From Nemertoderma westbladi (Eukaryota; Animalia; Xenacoelomorpha), in assembly GCA_032718475.1 (NCBI GenBank), contig JAUCBJ010007063.1, forward strand, positions 13,569-77,568: DNA of 64,000 bases. The letters are read 5' to 3'. Made by a program: the position numbers and the translations under genes. Positions 9,306 to 19,504 of the stretch are shown here, in pieces. The notes under the pieces were generated by a model, which was given only the letters and a program-made list of their open reading frames with translations, did no database searches and was not told where the DNA came from. Position 1 is the first letter of the stretch. The number at the start of each line of letters is the position of its first letter.

Positions 9306-12300
9306 ATGTCTGACACTCAGCAAAACCTGTCAGACAGTCTAATCGATACAACCATCTGTGACACAGATAGGAGTGTAGAGCGATTAAGAAAGGAGTTCAG
9401 TTCACCTCCTACTGCAAGAAAGGTCATCCCTCCAGTAGTATCAGACCCTAGGCTAATTCAACACCGTAGGTCTATCATAGGTACTCGAGCCCAAGTCAAA
9501 CGGAACCAGGAAGCAGCTGTCCCACAGCAGCAACAGCCTAGTCAAGAAACTTGTTCCCAGCGATCAGATAGCTCCAGTAGTTCGGATACTGTCGAGCTGA
9601 CCCCCGAACGCGGAGTGCAGATGGCGGCTACAGCCTACTCGGACCCCCTTCTCACCCTTCCTGCCGCAGTGCTAACTACTATATTGATTGCGGTGGAGGA
9701 ACATCAAGCTGATTGGGCGAGAAATAAGCGAGCGACCCAAGATAATTACGCGGGATACGCCAGGGAGGAATTGATGTCTATTGTCGAGTCACAATGGAAC
9801 TTTCCCGGACCCGGACTCCCGTTAGATCTGTCCGAGGCTACTTGGGAAGATATACATAGGATGGGAGTGGCTAAAGATACGATGGATCCAGCTGTTTGGA
9901 AGAGGTCGGCAGCAGGATATGTGCAAGGGTTCTTCGGCTCTTTAGAGCGATTAGAAGAACAACTGTTTCGACAACCCCAAGGACCTCAAGAGCCGGAAGA
10001 GCTGCTTTATCAAGTACGCGAAAGAACCCTACGTATTAGAATAATCCTATCAGCCTTTGAGGAAACTTCCAAAAGAAGACAGGACACGTCGCTGCAGGTT
10101 TCTGTTAAGACTTGGTTCCAGCGAGTAGGTCGCAAAGTGCAAGAAACGGACCAGTGGAAATCCCAGCTGTCTGAGAGACTAACTTATGAAGAACCAACCG
10201 ATGCCACCCTTTCTGGAGTGGAAGGCGAAGAGACCGCAGAGAGACCACGAACGAGAGACGCCATCGACATTTACCTATCCGACTATCAGCGATTCCTGGG
10301 AGACGAAGAGTTGAGGAGACGACTGTCTGGACTTTCCCCCAATAGTGAAGGAACCCAGCGTGTGTTAGACTCAATCGATGCTGAGATGTTGGCGGCTAAT
10401 CAAGCTGAATTTGATGAAAAACTCCGCCTCACTAGAGTCCAAGAAGAACTAGTAAAGAAAAAACGGATAGAGGACAAAAAGGCAGTGGCAGCGGCGAAAG
10501 CGGCAGCGTCAGTAGAAGAGGCAAAAGCGGCAGCGGCAGTGGAAGCGGCAAAGGCAGTAGCAGCGGCAAAAGCAGCAGCGGCAGTGGAAAAGGCAGAAGC
10601 AAAAGCGGCAGCGGCAGCGAAAGCGGCAGCGGCAGCGAAAGCGAAAGCGGCAGAGGCAGTAGCAGAAGCAAATGCTGCAGCGACAGTGGAAGCAGCCAAA
10701 GCAGCAGCAGCAATAGCATTGGCAGATGCGGAACAGAGAGCGTCTGAAGAGACCACCCAACTAGAGTTGGAGAATCTGCAAGAGACGCAAGACAACATAA
10801 ATAAACAGTTAACTGCTAGTCACATGCAGATGATGAGAAAATCTACTCCCAAACGCCAGGGCTATACTTCATCGGAGGAAAGCGAAACCACCGATCCTGA
10901 AGGCGGAGGAAATAGATCTCGTCTAAGCAGGCGTAGAAAAACATCTTACCGTCATAAATTGCCTGATTTGCCTCCAGCTGTTAGAAGACAACTAGCTAAC
11001 ACAGACTTAAGTAGTATAGAACCTACAGACCAAACTATTCATGTCAAAAGACTACCTACAATAGTTGATGAGCCTGAAATAATTAGGCCTGTCGTTCCCA
11101 AAGTCACTTCTGTGCTAGAGACCCCTGTACTTCCAGAGCTTAACTCTAAATTCCCTTTACACAGTACTACACTGCCTGTACCCAGTGGCACAGTCCATGC
11201 GAATATCCCTGTCCTGAGCATTGAGGGAGGAGTCAAAGATTTGTCTCCCGTCGTCCCGCGTCAGCCCGCTACAATGTTGGCGACTCCCGCTTCGGCGGTT
11301 GAGTGGGTAGATGAGGGACGGCGGGGGATGAACCTCCTGCTCGGACAGATGCAGGAGACTGTCCACCAGCTTAAGGGAACAGTAAGGGAAGGTAGGGCAG
11401 AATTGCAAGAAGTGCAGCAAAGTATCGCGCTGGAATGCGACAAATTAGTCAATATACAAAAGGGCATACCAATACCCCCTGTAACATTGTGTCAACCTGT
11501 TAGGTCTGAAGTATTACATGCGCAAGGTGTGGAGCCTACACGCATCTATACTGCTAGTGAAGTAGAAACTCCTATAGCCAACCCTATTAAGGGTGATTAT
11601 AAACCTGTTGTTAATGATATTCCCTATAGACCTGATAATGATCCGAGAAATTTATATACCGATAATTCGATATTAAATAACACGATGGCCCAAGAAAGCT
11701 TTACGCGTCAGATGGCTAGAACAGAAGCCCGCCAAGCGGTTAAAGTAGGAGAGATCGTCAAATTCAATGGAGACGAAATGAAATGGTTACCTTTCAACGA
11801 ATATTACAAAGACAGCATACAGAACTCTGTGCTATCTAACGGAGAGAAACTTAGGTTCCTCATCAAGTGTTTGGAAGGACCTCCTAAGATAATGGCGTTA
11901 AAGTTTATTGGACATCCAGATGGATTAAGACAAGTTTGGGATACATTAAACATCAGGTATGGTAACAAAGATAACATAGCTAAGTATTTGTATGCAAAAT
12001 TAGTAGCCCCCCGACACTTCCTTAGTAGCGGGATTATAGAGTTTTCCGATGAAATTCAGGAAATCTGTAGACAATTGGACTGGTTAGGTAAGTCTCATGA
12101 ATATCAGAGTTCCATGGTTATTGGAGCCGTAGTCTCTACTTTACCAAAGGGTGGAGTATGTACACGCTGGGACAAGAAAGTGTTGTACATGAATGAACAA
12201 CAACGACGAAGTCCTACCATGGCGGATCTCATGTCCTTCTTAGATGGTGAGGTAAAACTACAACTCATCAAGCAGTCCAGAGAGAAAACATCGGAAAATA

Positions 12301-15300
12301 AGGTAAGTGAGAAACCCGCTTCTAGGAGAAGAGTAACACCGGTGTGTTACACAGACGACGGCGAAAGCCAAGCTTCTCAAGAAGAAGACAGCGGGAAAGA
12401 CACCGAACGATCTTACTACGTTGACAAAACCTCAAAAGATGTAAGTAAATACAAGGCTCGAAACAACGATAGGAGAGAACAGGTTGCTAAGACCCCTCCT
12501 CAGTCTCCTAACAGAATGCACCGAAGAAAACCCGAAGAAAGAACGAGAGTGCATCAAGTTACCCAAGGTAAAGTAAGTAACATAAAACTGAACTGTGCGC
12601 TGTGCGACGGGACCCACCGTTTGAGTGCGTGTGCGGAATTTCTAAAGAAATCCCTTGTAGACAGACGTACAGTTGTGTGGGACAAGCGGTTATGCTGTAA
12701 TTGCCTCAGACCAGGACACCAACGGCGAACCTGTTACTCCGACATAAAGTGTGCAAAGTGTGGCGCGAAACATCACATCTTGTTACACAGTGAGTTCGAA
12801 CGAGACAAACAGAGTCAGGTAAGTGAGCCCGAACTACATGTCCAATTCAGTGATGTAAACGACACTGATCAGGAGTCTGAGATGGAAGGATTCTATACTG
12901 ACGAATTCTCCGACGCCAACGAATCCTGTTATCTAATCAATACCGCAGTGTATCGAGCACTTACTTATGAAAAGGACACCACCAATGAGTTCCCCCCAAC
13001 AACTTTTGCCAAACAACCCTCTTGGAAAGCTCCAACTTCCAACGTAGGAATCAGAGAATTTCCTGTAGTGCAAGTAAGAATTCATGGTACTCACCACAGT
13101 TACATAGTGAACGCACTCCTTGATTCCGGCAGCACAGGAACATTCATAGATCAAGAATTAGCCGAAGACATCTTTGCTGGACAACCCAAATTCCGGACAA
13201 AATTGAATATGTCAGGAATTATGCAGGTTTGGAAATCTACCCTAACGGCAGATTACTACGTAGGTGTGTTGTCCACTCCCCAGGATAAGTTAGGAGTACA
13301 AGGAATAAGGTCGGTAAAAATGGTGGCTATAAAGAACTTCGCTACTACTCAAGCAGACCTTTATAATTGGGACGAGGATGAGAGCATCCAACATCTTAAG
13401 ATACCTCGGTTCCAGACAGATTATCCTGGAGTGCAAATACTCATCGGCCAAAACGCGCACGAGGCGCTCGAAACATTGGAGAAACGGCCTGCTCAACCGC
13501 AGCCACTGCAAACCTATGCGGTAAGAACTAGAGTAGGTTGGTACTTTACTGGCCCTTCCCGCAGGACTCTCGAAGAGAGAATGCCACAAGAACGAGTAGA
13601 TCATGTGAGCGATTGGAGCGAGGAGAGCAGTGAGGTGGACGAACTAACTGAGGGAACACCATACTCCTCAGATAACGATGACACTTATCAACTCTTCGAT
13701 GAGGATAACACCATAGACTTACTTACAGAAAACCAAACTTGGAAAGATCAGGTGAACCTATGTCAACTGATTCACCCATCGGAACCCATCGCTTACAATG
13801 ACGAACTCAACGATGAGATAGAGCGCTGCAACGCTAGAACTCGGGACGAACTAGCCGTACGATTCTTTACTCAGGAACTGGTAGAGCCCAATTCGTATGA
13901 TAAGGCTCTATCGATAGAAGAAGAAAGAGCCAAGCAAATCCAGGAAACAACTACACGTTTTTTAAAAGACCAAGGTAGGTATGAAATCGGCCTCCCATTT
14001 CGAAAACGAGAACCTAGATTTATAAATAACAGACCCTTGGCAGAGAAAAGAATCGCTCAATTACATCGACGCCTTACAGCTAATGCTTCAGCGAAAGAAA
14101 TGTACCAAACTCAGCTGAAGAAATTTATAACAAAGGGATACGCGGAGCGAGTACCGGAAGGAACACCAGTGACTGAGAGAACGTATTACTTAACACATCA
14201 TTACGTTCCCAAACCCGGTAAGCCCCATGAAGTACGAGTCGTATTCGATGGCTCTGCTCTATATATGGGCCAATCCCTTAATTCCGAGTTGTTACCAGGA
14301 CCCAATTTACTCCAATCTTTGTTGGGAATACTTTTGAGATTAAGACAATATTCCATCGCGTTCGCTTCCGATATCGAAGGAATGTTCTTACAAGTCAAGG
14401 CGCTGGAGAGAGATAGAGACAGCCTGAGATTTCTGTGGTGGCCTGAAGGAGACCTCAACCAGAAACCGGTAGAGTACTGGATGACCATCCAGGCTTTTGG
14501 GATCATATCTAGCCCTTCCAACGCCTGCTCCGTAGTGCGAACCACTGCGAATGACAACAGAGACTCCTTCTCAAAGGAAGTGATAGACAATATAAAACGT
14601 AATATATACATGGACGACAATTTAAGCTCCCTTCCATCAGTAGAAGAAGCCATAGCTGTCGCGAAAGGAACGGTAGAGTGTTTGAAAAGAGGTGGATTTC
14701 GACTAACGAAATTCACTAGCAACTCCCGTGAGTTTCTGGAAGCCATACCGGTAGAAGACCGCGGAGCGAAAGATCTAGACTTAATAAAGGATGATCTTCC
14801 TGAAACCAAGACGCTAGGCTTGAAGTGGGACACTGAAAGAGACATCCTGTTTTTTCAGTTAAAACAGCGAGATAATCCAGTTCGGACCAAACGGATTTGT
14901 TTAAGTATCCTGAGCACTTATTTCGACCCATTGGGATTTATTAGCCCAGTTATATTGATTGCTCGGAGTTTAGTACAACAGATGTGGCTTGAAAACCACT
15001 CATGGGACGATCCGCTTAAGGGAGAATTGTTGAAGAAATGGATGAAATGGGAAGATTCTCTACCTGCCATCGAGAACTTTATAATTTCCCGTGCATATTT
15101 TGGCCATGTTCTTCCTACGTATTCCTATCAACTCCATGTGTTTGGAGACGCCAGCGACATGGGAATAGGTATAGTAGCATATCTGCGAGTCGAAACTCCG
15201 GATGGAATCAAGGTCGCCTTGGTTACCTCTAAGGCACTGATTAACAACAAGTTAAAGGTTCCTCGAGCGGAGTTAAAAGCGGCTTTATACGCTACAGCCA

Positions 15301-16355
15301 TCGGCCGGAACGTAACGGAACAAATCGATTACCCACTGGAGAAAACGGTTTATTGGACCGACGCTTTACTGGTGTTGGAATATCTAACCAATGAAGTCTG
15401 TCAGTTCAGCGTTTTTGTTACTAACAGGGTAGCTATTATTCTTAGTCGCACAAAGATAGATCAATGGAGACATTGCCCTGGTACGATTAATCCAGCCGAT
15501 ATCGCCTCCAGGGGAGCAACTCCACAGGAACTGATAGATACTCCAGATTGGTTGGGTGGACCCGACTTCCTGAGCAAGGAAGAGGACGAATGGCCTCCTC
15601 ACCTTACTACGGCGGAAATTAGACAAGCCAAGGGAGCGGAGACCGTCAAACCAAAAACCCGGGCGAGTAAATCGAAGTTATTTAAACCGACTATCGATCT
15701 ATCTGTATTACATGTTTCCGGAAACGATGATTTGGATCCACAATCCCTCGCTATAAATAAGTCTGTTGCGGAAATTCGAGATAGAGATTGGAAATCTGGA
15801 ATACCAGACGTCTCGCAAGGAATCTCACCCCTGCTGCAGAGAGCGATGCATCACTACAGTTCCTGGAATCGGCTCTGTAAAGCCGTCACATATTTAAAGA
15901 GATGCTTTCATCATCAATACTCCAGGGCGAAGACCACTAGTGATAACGCTCCATTGACATCTGCACAAGTTCATGTTATTAAAAACTTACCTAAATATAA
16001 GGTATCTGACAGTTTTCTAAAGGAGAAAATTAGTCACCAGGAGCATGAAGAGACCAATAAACAGATACTGAGACTCCTGCAATGCTATGAGGATTCCGAA
16101 AAGTATTTCCTGTTGTTGAGAAATCCGCAGATGCGCTTAAGGGATCGATTCTCTAGCACAATGATAGATGGGTTAATACGTGTTGGAGGAAGGCTCACCA
16201 ATGCACCCTTATCCTTTGACACTAAATTCCCCATACTCATTAGAAATCTTGAAGTACAAATCAAGATGATTGTAGATGTTCACAGTAAGCTTTATCATGC
16301 TGGAAGAGAACGAGTTCTTAGCGAAATTCGAACTCGCTATTATTTTGATAAGTAG
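9306..16355 (+). CDS. BEL/Pao Gag-Pol polyprotein (Gag, protease, RT, RNase H, start of the integrase Zn finger), 2349 aa, ends at a frameshift
   Basis: Gag core KFNGDEMKWLPF...LSNGEKLRFL. Triple knuckle CALCDGTHRLSAC / CCNCLRPGHQRRTC / CAKCGAKHHILLH. Protease ALLDSGS. RT RVVFDGS, GPNLL, DIEGMFLQV, YMDD. Pao-type YFDPLGFISP, LHVFGDAS, YWTDA, WRHCPGTINPADIASRG. Confidence 0.96.
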   Translation: MSDTQQNLSDSLIDTTICDTDRSVERLRKEFSSPPTARKVIPPVVSDPRLIQHRRSIIGTRAQVKRNQEAAVPQQQQPSQETCSQRSDSSSSSDTVELTPERGVQMAATAYSDPLLTLPAAVLTTILIAVEEHQADWARNKRATQDNYAGYAREELMSIVESQWNFPGPGLPLDLSEATWEDIHRMGVAKDTMDPAVWKRSAAGYVQGFFGSLERLEEQLFRQPQGPQEPEELLYQVRERTLRIRIILSAFEETSKRRQDTSLQVSVKTWFQRVGRKVQETDQWKSQLSERLTYEEPTDATLSGVEGEETAERPRTRDAIDIYLSDYQRFLGDEELRRRLSGLSPNSEGTQRVLDSIDAEMLAANQAEFDEKLRLTRVQEELVKKKRIEDKKAVAAAKAAASVEEAKAAAAVEAAKAVAAAKAAAAVEKAEAKAAAAAKAAAAAKAKAAEAVAEANAAATVEAAKAAAAIALADAEQRASEETTQLELENLQETQDNINKQLTASHMQMMRKSTPKRQGYTSSEESETTDPEGGGNRSRLSRRRKTSYRHKLPDLPPAVRRQLANTDLSSIEPTDQTIHVKRLPTIVDEPEIIRPVVPKVTSVLETPVLPELNSKFPLHSTTLPVPSGTVHANIPVLSIEGGVKDLSPVVPRQPATMLATPASAVEWVDEGRRGMNLLLGQMQETVHQLKGTVREGRAELQEVQQSIALECDKLVNIQKGIPIPPVTLCQPVRSEVLHAQGVEPTRIYTASEVETPIANPIKGDYKPVVNDIPYRPDNDPRNLYTDNSILNNTMAQESFTRQMARTEARQAVKVGEIVKFNGDEMKWLPFNEYYKDSIQNSVLSNGEKLRFLIKCLEGPPKIMALKFIGHPDGLRQVWDTLNIRYGNKDNIAKYLYAKLVAPRHFLSSGIIEFSDEIQEICRQLDWLGKSHEYQSSMVIGAVVSTLPKGGVCTRWDKKVLYMNEQQRRSPTMADLMSFLDGEVKLQLIKQSREKTSENKVSEKPASRRRVTPVCYTDDGESQASQEEDSGKDTERSYYVDKTSKDVSKYKARNNDRREQVAKTPPQSPNRMHRRKPEERTRVHQVTQGKVSNIKLNCALCDGTHRLSACAEFLKKSLVDRRTVVWDKRLCCNCLRPGHQRRTCYSDIKCAKCGAKHHILLHSEFERDKQSQVSEPELHVQFSDVNDTDQESEMEGFYTDEFSDANESCYLINTAVYRALTYEKDTTNEFPPTTFAKQPSWKAPTSNVGIREFPVVQVRIHGTHHSYIVNALLDSGSTGTFIDQELAEDIFAGQPKFRTKLNMSGIMQVWKSTLTADYYVGVLSTPQDKLGVQGIRSVKMVAIKNFATTQADLYNWDEDESIQHLKIPRFQTDYPGVQILIGQNAHEALETLEKRPAQPQPLQTYAVRTRVGWYFTGPSRRTLEERMPQERVDHVSDWSEESSEVDELTEGTPYSSDNDDTYQLFDEDNTIDLLTENQTWKDQVNLCQLIHPSEPIAYNDELNDEIERCNARTRDELAVRFFTQELVEPNSYDKALSIEEERAKQIQETTTRFLKDQGRYEIGLPFRKREPRFINNRPLAEKRIAQLHRRLTANASAKEMYQTQLKKFITKGYAERVPEGTPVTERTYYLTHHYVPKPGKPHEVRVVFDGSALYMGQSLNSELLPGPNLLQSLLGILLRLRQYSIAFASDIEGMFLQVKALERDRDSLRFLWWPEGDLNQKPVEYWMTIQAFGIISSPSNACSVVRTTANDNRDSFSKEVIDNIKRNIYMDDNLSSLPSVEEAIAVAKGTVECLKRGGFRLTKFTSNSREFLEAIPVEDRGAKDLDLIKDDLPETKTLGLKWDTERDILFFQLKQRDNPVRTKRICLSILSTYFDPLGFISPVILIARSLVQQMWLENHSWDDPLKGELLKKWMKWEDSLPAIENFIISRAYFGHVLPTYSYQLHVFGDASDMGIGIVAYLRVETPDGIKVALVTSKALINNKLKVPRAELKAALYATAIGRNVTEQIDYPLEKTVYWTDALLVLEYLTNEVCQFSVFVTNRVAIILSRTKIDQWRHCPGTINPADIASRGATPQELIDTPDWLGGPDFLSKEEDEWPPHLTTAEIRQAKGAETVKPKTRASKSKLFKPTIDLSVLHVSGNDDLDPQSLAINKSVAEIRDRDWKSGIPDVSQGISPLLQRAMHHYSSWNRLCKAVTYLKRCFHHQYSRAKTTSDNAPLTSAQVHVIKNLPKYKVSDSFLKEKISHQEHEETNKQILRLLQCYEDSEKYFLLLRNPQMRLRDRFSSTMIDGLIRVGGRLTNAPLSFDTKFPILIRNLEVQIKMIVDVHSKLYHAGRERVLSEIRTRYYFDK

Positions 16356-17487
16356 AGCTCTGAACCAAGTTCTTAGGAACTGCATACCCTGTAGGAAAGC
16401 ATTCAGTAGGCCTTTAACACAGCGAGAGGCAGAATTACCTAGGGAACGAGTAAGCTTCTATGAACCACCTTTTACTAATACTGGTGTAGATTTATTTGGC
16501 CCTATTGAAGTATATTGTGCGAGGACTATAGTCAAGAGATGGTGTGTCATCTTCGTGTGCATGACTTGCAGAGCCATCCATCTCGATATGGTGAACGATC
16601 TATCTACCAACAGTTTCGTCTTAAGTTTACGACGACAGATCGCTCGCTTCGGTACGAGTAATACCATGAGATCGGACAAGGGAACGAACTTCATTGGTGC
16701 CAACAACGAAATACAGGCTTACGTAAAGGACTGGAACCAAAGACAGGTGGATGACCAGCTAAGGATAACAGCGTCTAGCTGGACCTTCAACGCCGCCGAC
16801 GCCCCTTGGTGGGGAGGAAGTTGGGAGAGATTAATTAGAAGTGTTAAGACCGCATTTCACTTTATAGTGCCATGCCGTGCATATCTCACCGACGAACTTT
16901 TGCGGACGTTAATGGAGGAAATAGCTGCCTATCTCAACGAGAGACCGCTTATGCCAGTCTCATCGAGTCCCGATTCCCTGGAAGCGCTAACACCTGCGCA
17001 CTTCCTACTGAAGAAACCGGTAGCCATGCTCCCACGATCGGAGATTGCCGACGGAGACGAATACTGCCGTCGAACTTGGCAACTTATGCAGTTGCTATCC
17101 CGTCGTTTCGCTGACCATTTCGAGAAACATTACCTGCCCACACTACAACTTCGAACTAAGTGGTTTGCGCAGCAAGAAAACGTCAGCGCCGGAGATATGG
17201 TACTTATTGTAGATCCAGACCTCCCACGTAAACGGTGGCAGACAGGTCGTATCATCAAGACCCATATCTCGGAGGATGGTTTAGTGCGTTCAGTAGAACT
17301 CATCGTTATGCGGCGTAACTTCAAGAAGCCCGGCATAATCTTTGAGACGCAACAACTCAACCGCCCAGTTGGTCGTTTATGTTTACTGGAAAGAGACAGA
17401 GAACTCTCTGGAAACTATGGAAGACAAGACACTCTTCCCACGACCACCTCCCTAATTCCTCAAACATCTAGGGACTCCCAAACGTGA
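16354..17487 (+). CDS. BEL/Pao integrase core and C-terminal domain, continuing pol in the +1 frame
   Basis: CIPC (second half of the HHCC finger), PFTNTGVDLFGP, CRAIHLD, RSDKGTNF, APWWGGSWERLIRSVK, LNERPL, ALTPAHFL, GDMVLI, DGLVRSVEL. The track ORF is 16276-17487, but its first ~26 codons overlap the true upstream frame. Confidence 0.93.
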   Translation, partial: RALNQVLRNCIPCRKAFSRPLTQREAELPRERVSFYEPPFTNTGVDLFGPIEVYCARTIVKRWCVIFVCMTCRAIHLDMVNDLSTNSFVLSLRRQIARFGTSNTMRSDKGTNFIGANNEIQAYVKDWNQRQVDDQLRITASSWTFNAADAPWWGGSWERLIRSVKTAFHFIVPCRAYLTDELLRTLMEEIAAYLNERPLMPVSSSPDSLEALTPAHFLLKKPVAMLPRSEIADGDEYCRRTWQLMQLLSRRFADHFEKHYLPTLQLRTKWFAQQENVSAGDMVLIVDPDLPRKRWQTGRIIKTHISEDGLVRSVELIVMRRNFKKPGIIFETQQLNRPVGRLCLLERDRELSGNYGRQDTLPTTTSLIPQTSRDSQT

Positions 17488-18001
17488 TACGTCTGGAGTG
17501 GGTGTATGACTATGTTATTTATCTATTTTATTACATTTTATATGCGAACTTTATTATGTACTTTATTATAATCGTTTTTATTCAATTTTTATTTAGTAGA
17601 ATGTTATTTTAGGGATTATTTAGTAGATTAGTGCAATATATTAGTGTTTATTACGTACGTAATTACTTGCAATATATATTTAGTGCGACGGCGAGAAATA
17701 ATTTTTCTCTTTCCTTACTGTCCGTAACATATTATAAATACGTGACTACAGTAAGATGAAATACCCGTACTTCTTAAAGTACCATAAAGCCACTACTATA
17801 TTCAAGTATTATTGGTAGGCAGAGTATTAGGAATGCAAAGTTCAGATCCTCGTGTCTCGGCTAAACCAAGCTCTGGGTAGACCTTGGAAACGACTTGCCT
17901 CTTCACACTGACATTGCTTCGTGCGATATTGCTCTTCTACCTTATAACAAATAATACATATAGTAGCGTGATGTCCCTCTAACAGTAGCGTAAATCGCAA
18001 A

Positions 18002-18325
18002 TAAATCTGTTAAACTTTTTGACCATCTGTAATTCTAGTCGATTAAGATATCGTGGCACCCACCGATATACTTGAAAGACAAATTCTAGAATCAGTGGTT
18101 AACGTCCCCAGACAAGTTCTGGAATAAATCGGTGCTCATCCTAAATATTAATTTAATATTTATTAAAATCTGTAAAATCCCGATCCTTTAAAATTTCTAT
18201 TCAATTAAGATATCGCAGTATTTACCGATATTCTTAGAAGGACTATTTTATAGAATTAAGGATCCTAAGTCCCCAGATATGCTCTGGAATAAAATTTGTG
18301 TCAATTTAACATCAAATAATAAAAT
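18002..18325. repeat. ~162-bp diverged tandem duplication in the post-pol spacer
   Basis: attaagatatcg at 18042 and 18204; gtccccaga and ctggaataaa are present in both copies. Confidence 0.8.
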
Positions 18326-19105
18326 TCACGGGAATAAATTTAAATTCATATTCAAATGAATTTCATAAATTGTCATTTTGTGTAATTTATAACATTCCCA
18401 AAATTCCAGTAATTAATAGATCATGGGAGCGGAGATTCATATTGAGTGTACTAGAGTGCGAGAATCTCCAACATATAGTCAATAGCCGATAAAATTTATA
18501 AAATCATGCATAAAGAGGATATTGACAATTAAAGAATTACTATTAAATAACATCCCAGATCTGTATGCATGAGAATTACCCTAATTCTACCGCTAGTTTT
18601 CCATAATGTCACCATGGCAACACCCACGCTAGAATTAGAAGCAAGTTAAAAGAACAATAGAAAGCTTGTCCCATTGCATAGCATAGAGAATATAGCACAC
18701 TGTTAGTATCCAAGGATACACAGTAATAAAGTGACATTCTGGAAGGCACTGACTAACGGACAAATGGCCTGTATGTGTACAATTGGTGACAGTTGTGTGG
18801 AATTTGTGCGTTTGTAGGTGAATGTTACTGCTAAGGTGTGTTTACAGTAGCTAGTCGCAATTGTGAAAGTAACCCAACTCTCCTATAGAAAGAACCTAAA
18901 GTGGATTCAAGCCTTTGGGACGGACAGTGGAGTGACTTGTGCCGGTTATCGTTGTCGTACTGTTGCTACATGTTGGCGTAAACACCGCGACAACGGTACA
19001 TCGGCGCTGAGGATCCCACTGTCCGGGGGCAAAGAGAGGTGGGCAGCGACGTCTGCTCGCCTAAACATAAACTCATTTCGATATTAACAAACTCAGATAG
19101 CAGAT

Positions 19106-19504
19106 ATGACGGAGTTGATAGAAGATGATCTTGGTATCAAGGAGCGATATACTCTACCTTTGCAAGCATTTGTGGATAGCTTAATACGCGGTGAAGCCGA
19201 TCCAACCATTACGGAGGACGATGGTCGTTATATCGAACCGCCGATGTCCCAAGAGCAACTTGCGCGTGAATTGGACTATCGAAAATCCACCGCGCGCTAT
19301 ACGCATCGTAATAGTACGTATATGGACTTCCTAACTACCGGCCATCCTATCGATTTACATGATACGGACGATGTAGACACCGAAAGGGAAATGGTTCTAT
19401 TTAAATATCATACCCAGCGGAGTCGGAACGATAAACCGAGAATAGATCATGAAAATTCTATTCGTAACAGACTGGGAAGACGAACCAATATGCCTAGAAT
19501 CTGA
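19106..19504 (+). CDS. Accessory ORF A of the BEL/Pao element, 132 aa, hydrophilic, unknown function
   Basis: ATG-initiated ORF in a more GC-rich, coding-like segment. It follows a candidate acceptor (tattaac...cag at 19101-19103) and overlaps ORF B by 56 nt. No domain recognised. Confidence 0.55.
   Translation: MTELIEDDLGIKERYTLPLQAFVDSLIRGEADPTITEDDGRYIEPPMSQEQLARELDYRKSTARYTHRNSTYMDFLTTGHPIDLHDTDDVDTEREMVLFKYHTQRSRNDKPRIDHENSIRNRLGRRTNMPRI

Noticed and set aside
10105-16706. Antisense and alternate-frame ORFs within BEL/Pao gag-pol, including the Cys/Arg- and Leu/Pro-rich ones
   Set aside because: They are shadows of the coding strand and of the gcggca repeat.
18863-19087. 74-aa GTG-initiated ORF as a third accessory gene
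   Set aside because: It has no ATG start, is short and has no motif; it could be UTR or part of an unrecognised exon, but this cannot be supported.
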